Source: Nemertoderma westbladi
Lineage: Eukaryota > Animalia > Xenacoelomorpha
Length of the DNA stretch: 54,001 nt
Direction of reading: 5' to 3'
Assembly: GCA_032718475.1 (NCBI GenBank)
Contig: JAUCBJ010001194.1
Location: 1 to 54,001 of the forward strand
Shown piece after piece: positions 48,601-54,001 of this stretch (positions are counted from its first letter, which is position 1; each line of letters opens with the position of its first letter). Under the pieces are notes generated by a model. It ran no database searches. It saw only the letters and a list, made by a program, of their open reading frames with translations, and had not been told where the DNA came from. The position numbers and the translations under genes were made by a program.

Positions 48601-49080
48601 ACGCTGCTAGGGGGAGTAACCAGTCCACTAATTGTACCGCAACGCCAAGTCACAACTACGTGCTGCGCGATGTCCCCACGTACCCGTGTAACAATAACAT
48701 GCTACTTTATTACACGCAGTGATGTAAATATTTAAAATAATATCAGTTTATTTGCACAATAGTATCGGGATATATTTTAACTCTACGTTTATGCACGGTG
48801 CTTATTTATGGATTAAATATATATTATTAAGTTAATTAAAATACAAATATTTCCTACAACTATCGTTTTCAGCTAACAGTTCTTCTGACCAACTGTATTT
48901 TTTGTTAAACCATTTTGACCGGCCTTGATTCATAATTATTTCCCAAAAGTTTCATTGATTCACCGAAATAGAGCCAGTCCCTCGTTGGCTTTCACGAATA
49001 CGTGTATATACCCATGCGATTTACCCCGTCTGTTCTATATCTTCTCTCCCATATCGTATTCTTCGATAACTTCGGGATAT

Positions 49081-50641
49081 TTATTCAGAACCAACTATAA
49101 CTATTGGTAAAGTTAACCGGCGTGGAGAGGAGCTCCCAGAACCAGTTGTACTCTTACTGAATGAGGAAATTGTGGTACATGGTAGAGACATTCTTCTACT
49201 GCTGTAGCTGCTGGGGGTCTGTGTGCGGGTGCTGGGTGTCTGTCTGCAGCTGCTGGGGGTCTGTCTGCAGCTGCTCGGTGTGCCCGGCATAATCGAATTC
49301 AGTAGCGGAAAAGTTTTAGCCGCTTCAAATTGCACTAGAAGTATCATTAGTGGGTCCGTTACCGCTTTAATTAAGAACGCTAGAATGTGAATGTAACGAG
49401 TTACAGGTCTTTGGAATATTTCGAATTGATTGAAGGCGAGTGCTGTCCCTATTATAGTTGGTATAACTATTAACATCAGTCCCATATATCCCTGTAACTT
49501 GCAACAGATTCGGCGTCTTCGTTTCACTCTAATAAATAATAATAATTTTTTCATTAATCTAAAGTTTATTTAAAGTAAAATTAAATTTTGGAAAGTTTCG
49601 GAAAAAAATGTGGAATGAGTTGGTTTCGAACCAACGTTGTACGGATCGGCGTTTTGCCTCACACCAACGCTCTACTCGTCCCCACTACTCAGCCTGTTGC
49701 GCGCTGATGTGATCTGATGCACACCGATGCGCAGGACGCTAGTTCAACCCTCATCGATGTCCAACCATTTTTCATACTGTTAGACAAGGGGGGGGGGGGG
49801 GGGGGGGTGTTATTGGCGCAAAAAATGATTTATAGATACTGTACATTAATTATGTAAAACAATCACAAATAGACCAAACAATGTATAAAGGTATTGTCCA
49901 ACATAACATATAGGATTACCCCTAAAGCTTTGCAGCTTATTTCCAAGGGGGTCCTTTATGGTTACAAATACAATGTTACACAATCACAATGTCTATTTCC
50001 AACCAAAGTTTAAACTGTAACCTACCTAATATCTGTAGCACTAGGTATACATTGTGTTTGTACAGAGAAGGATTGTCTGGAAGGTCGTCTGCTCTCAATC
50101 CCTTTCTCCAACCGAAGAATGGAATCGTATATGATCAGGTAGGAGGCCAATACAGCCGTGAATACGAGACCCAACTCCAAACCGAGTACCACATGAGTTA
50201 CTAAAGAGAAACCGCAAACGCTATCCAATGTTAGGTACGCTATCACTGTGTTACAAACAGCGAGAGTTACGCACGTAACGCCAAGTATCAGTGGTATGTG
50301 ATAACGTCTCATGAATACCCGGTATTGCAGTGCGTATACGTTGTAAATATATCGATCCAGTGATATAGCGAACGGGATCCCGATGGACAAACTAGTTAAG
50401 AACAAATAACAACCGGTTTCTATAACGCAAGTTTTCCTCACTTCCTCTATATAGCCTATTACTATAGCGACAGCCAATAGGGTGTTAGTTACAGTGAGTA
50501 GGGTTTCTAGGATGCATACGCTTTGCCGTTTTTGCGTTTTTGGTTTGGCGAATATTGTCTGGAAGTATCCCCGGCCGCATCGGACCGCGTACCAAGTTAG
50601 TGTCATCGTGTTGAGAACCATTGCAGGTACTGTAAGCGAAC
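49081..50641 (-). CDS. Class A (rhodopsin-like) GPCR; exons 50641-50026 and 49528-49081; first exon not located
   Basis: TM1 ..VLN, ISLDRY, TM7 AVTDPL; GT-AG intron 50025-49529 joins AG|A in frame; acceptor ttatttcctcgcag at 50642. Confidence 0.8.
49612..49695 (-). mobile_element. tRNA-like SINE head in the GPCR intron
   Basis: B-box GGTTCGAAACC in a gttgg/ccaac stem; weak A-box. Confidence 0.4.
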
Positions 50642-51882
50642 CTGCGAGGAAATAAAGTTATCGCAGAAGGCCCGTTAACTATATACCCTATTTAATTAAA
50701 TATTGGCCGTATTTCACGCTGTCTCGACTCTGCCAATATTCAGATGTAATTGAAACCGATAAAGGTGCAGTAGTCGTCATATTTGTACAGCGGTACCGGT
50801 ACACTACCACTTAATTAATTAGCTTGATATCGTTGATTTTTTTTATGATACTAGAACAAATTACCTATGCTATATAAAAATAATGTTCTAGAATAAATAT
50901 TTTTGGTTCTAGAACGTTTTATAAAAAATAACCTTTTTAGCGTATATTCTAATTATTTAATTGAGTTCATTATTTCAACAAATTATCGATGATAGGCCTG
51001 CACAGTTCATTATAAATGTATTAAGTGTTTTTTTATTAGCTAATTTAAATATTTAAATGCAAACGTATTTTTATTTCAATAAATAGCTGACATGTTCTAG
51101 AGCATTTGACAATACTAGTGTAGTTAGGACAAAACAACAGCAAAAAAATATAAAAATAATATTGCGGAACTTGGGTGGAACTGTTACCGTTTTATTGTTA
51201 CGTTTTTCCGTTACATTCTTGGAAATATGTTATGTGGCCCTGTTATATTGGCTGTATTAAATAATATTTACATTAATTTATATATAAATTATAATATATA
51301 ATATAGATAGAAAATATATGCCCATCGTTATTACCTATTAACCACGCCGGAATATCGTCAGAATAATAACTTTTAAATTTGCTCATTATTTTCTTGTACA
51401 TCAATTATTATTTTTCCCGCATTAAAGTTTATAAATTAATAAACTAGGTTTATACCAAATTATACCCCCATTATACCAAATACTTGTGTTGCAAGCGATA
51501 AATCCAAATAATATATAAATAGGGCCTAGAATATTTATTACTAATGAATTAATTAACTACGTTACGATAGGTAACTTACTATATAACAATTGTATTCTAG
51601 AATATTATTATTGTCGCCTTGGTGCTATTGTTATATTGCGTGGATCAATACTTTTTACTTTGGTGTTATTTTGACGAAATTTTACTACTCTTGTCTATAA
51701 AATCCATGGTGTTATTGTTATAAACCCAATTACATAAATAACTGCATTCCATCGCATCGCATGTTTGTAGCCTTGGCGTAGTGAACGCTTACACGTAGGC
51801 TATGTTATTTTTTATATTGCAATACCCCACAGTCAGTACCATGTTGGTCTTATATGTACAACAGTGAGCAGATCAATTTCAT

Positions 51883-52165
51883 CTACTAAGTACTGAACAT
51901 TATTTCCCCTACTAAGTTACCGAACATTATTTCCCCCTACTAAGTTACCGAACATTATTTCCCCCTACTAAGTTACCGAACATTACTTCCCCCTACTAAG
52001 TTACCGAACATTATTTCCCCCTACTAAGTTACTGAACATTATTTCCCCCTACTAAGTTACCGAACATTATTTCCCCCTACTAAGTTACCGAACATTATTT
52101 CCCCCTACTAAGTTACTGAACATTATTTACTAAGTTACCGAACATTATTTCCCCTAAATTATCGA
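51883..52165. repeat. 28-bp minisatellite (ctactaagttaccgaacattatttcccc)n, about 9 copies
   Basis: Direct tandem units. Confidence 0.97.
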
Positions 52166-52184
52166 ACTTTATTTACCTTTATAG

Positions 52185-53366
52185 GTGGCTGTAACACCAA
52201 AGGTTATACGGGTAAACAGACGGATCACATGGCTAAACTGAAGAAGGCCTTCCGTGAGTTACTCGAAGTGGAAGTCGACGTATCGGTCCAGGGTCCCATA
52301 ACAGACAGTCTGAGGATCGCTTGTAACAGATTGTGCATACAGTTACGGATGTTTGAAGGTTAGTTGTAACAGATTGGGCATACAGTTACGGATGTTTGAA
52401 GGTTAGTTAGTTACAGTTACAGATTTGGCATACAGTGGTGCATATATGGGTGCATATAGTTACTGTACAAGCTTTCACGAGGTTTTTTTTTACAAGGTTC
52501 TTTCATGGTATCCGTTTCTTCTTTGGAAACTCATTTCGTTACTCTAACCTGAACCCGTTACATCCCCATTCTGTTAGCCGAGTGCTGCTCTTTGATTGAC
52601 TGCAACTTCTTGGTTACATTGAATGCAACTTCTTGGTTACAGTTGTTATATTATTTGCCGGTTGTTAAATATATTTATATCGTTAGAATTACCGGAGAAT
52701 CTGGAAGTGAAACTCCTTCCAGATACCTGGAATCGGATTCTACTTCAACTCCTCGCTGATAACCGCTTCAAAGAATGTTATCTACTCCTCAACGGCGGCG
52801 GCAATTTCTACCAGTTTGGGTCGGGAGGACTGGCGACTAACGAATGTAGTCTAACTTCGGTAAGTTATAGCTAATATTTATTATGAATCTATAATATAAT
52901 CATGGGAAGAGTACCTCGGTGCCCCGACTTTCGCTTTTTTTTCATTCAGTCCAAGTTACTGTTATGGTCGCCTTACTTTACTTACCTGTTGTCATGGTTA
53001 CATATTTTCGAAAAAAAATGTGAAACCAATAATACCATAAAATATAATTAATTAATAATGATTTTTTTTTAGCTAAATTAACTGTAATTAAAGTTCTTAT
53101 TGTTTGAAGTCTCGCGCACATTCCATATAATATATTCCGTATTCGCCCAGTACCAATCCATTGGCGTTGCCTTGGTTTTCTGCTCCAGTGCCCAATCAAT
53201 CCGCTACTAACAACTCAACTATCATTTGTATTTTATTTTTTCCGACATTTCAATTGAACATCATTCCTTTTGTTCGTTCTGTATAACTAACGTTAGTTAC
53301 CCCCAGCTGACAACCTCGAGTGGTCCGTGTGTCAGTCCATTGCCCTGCCCTGTACAGGACGGCTAA
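52185..53366 (+). CDS. Exons of an unidentified spliced gene (52185-52358, 52687-52859, possibly terminal 53307-53366)
   Basis: Canonical AG/GT ends with compatible phases give one open frame GCNTKGY...RMFE-ELPENLEV...CSLTS-LTTSSG...QDG*. Confidence 0.6.
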
Positions 53367-54001
53367 TCCCTAATTAACGCAGCTATTCGAGTCGAGATAC
53401 CGACCACACTGGACGCTCAATGGAAGATATGACCTTTCAAATGAACCGACCGGCCCCCTTTTGTGTGACAACCATTGGAGCAGTTGATGTTACCACGTGG
53501 GTTGCTAATGATTCCAACACGTCCCACGCAGAATTACTCGGGTTAACATTCATCACTCATCCGATATGCGGTGAGATAATACGTCTTCCGAATTTCGGTG
53601 TCGCTAGAATTAGTTTCCATAGATAAATCGGTAGTTTGTTTCCCATCTTGTCAGCCCCCCTTTAGTACATACTGCAGTTTGGTTTGGGGTAACCTGGAAC
53701 AGTTACTTTGGTTTTCTATCCGCAGTCAACCAAGATAATCAAAATAAACAAAAAAATTGTTTTGATAGAAAAGCTATTTGATAAGCTAAGGATTACCTCT
53801 CACTATAAATCCAATAGTTAATCTTTGGTTTATTTTGAAACACGGATTAAATTATGTGTGGTTTTGCGTTTTGTTTACATTGTGAGAGATTATTCAGTAC
53901 TATTGTTGGGTGTAAATAGTTTGTTAGCTATGCGGCTTTCTATTTGGGCTTACAATGTCTTTCCGGACACCCGAAGATGCCCATTATTATTTTATTTCAT
54001 G

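Overview
Repeat-rich, AT-rich eukaryotic (animal-like) DNA; no prokaryotic features. The left 32 kb is a nested transposon stack. A large, decayed Bel/Pao LTR retrotransposon (minus strand, LTR-like direct repeats 1381-2082 and 31621-32302) carries an unexplained non-env ORF block behind pol. Its gag is split by a 14.6-kb element with ~326-bp TIRs, AGTAGT termini and a 6-bp TSD (TCTGGT), the Polinton/Maverick signature, but with no Polinton core genes. That element carries a zinc-finger/acidic gene with an intact promoter, hairpin arrays, an RTE relic and a very young Mag-type Gypsy element. To the right lie a near-intact RLE-class (CRE-like) non-LTR element with a ~30-copy heptad repeat, a partly duplicated and satellite-invaded TM + Thr-rich stalk gene followed by a degenerate fibrinogen-related domain, L2/SINE/LINE fragments, an intronless UBE4B, a spliced class A GPCR (minus) and exons of an unidentified plus-strand gene. 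All family calls come from motif recognition by eye, without database searches.
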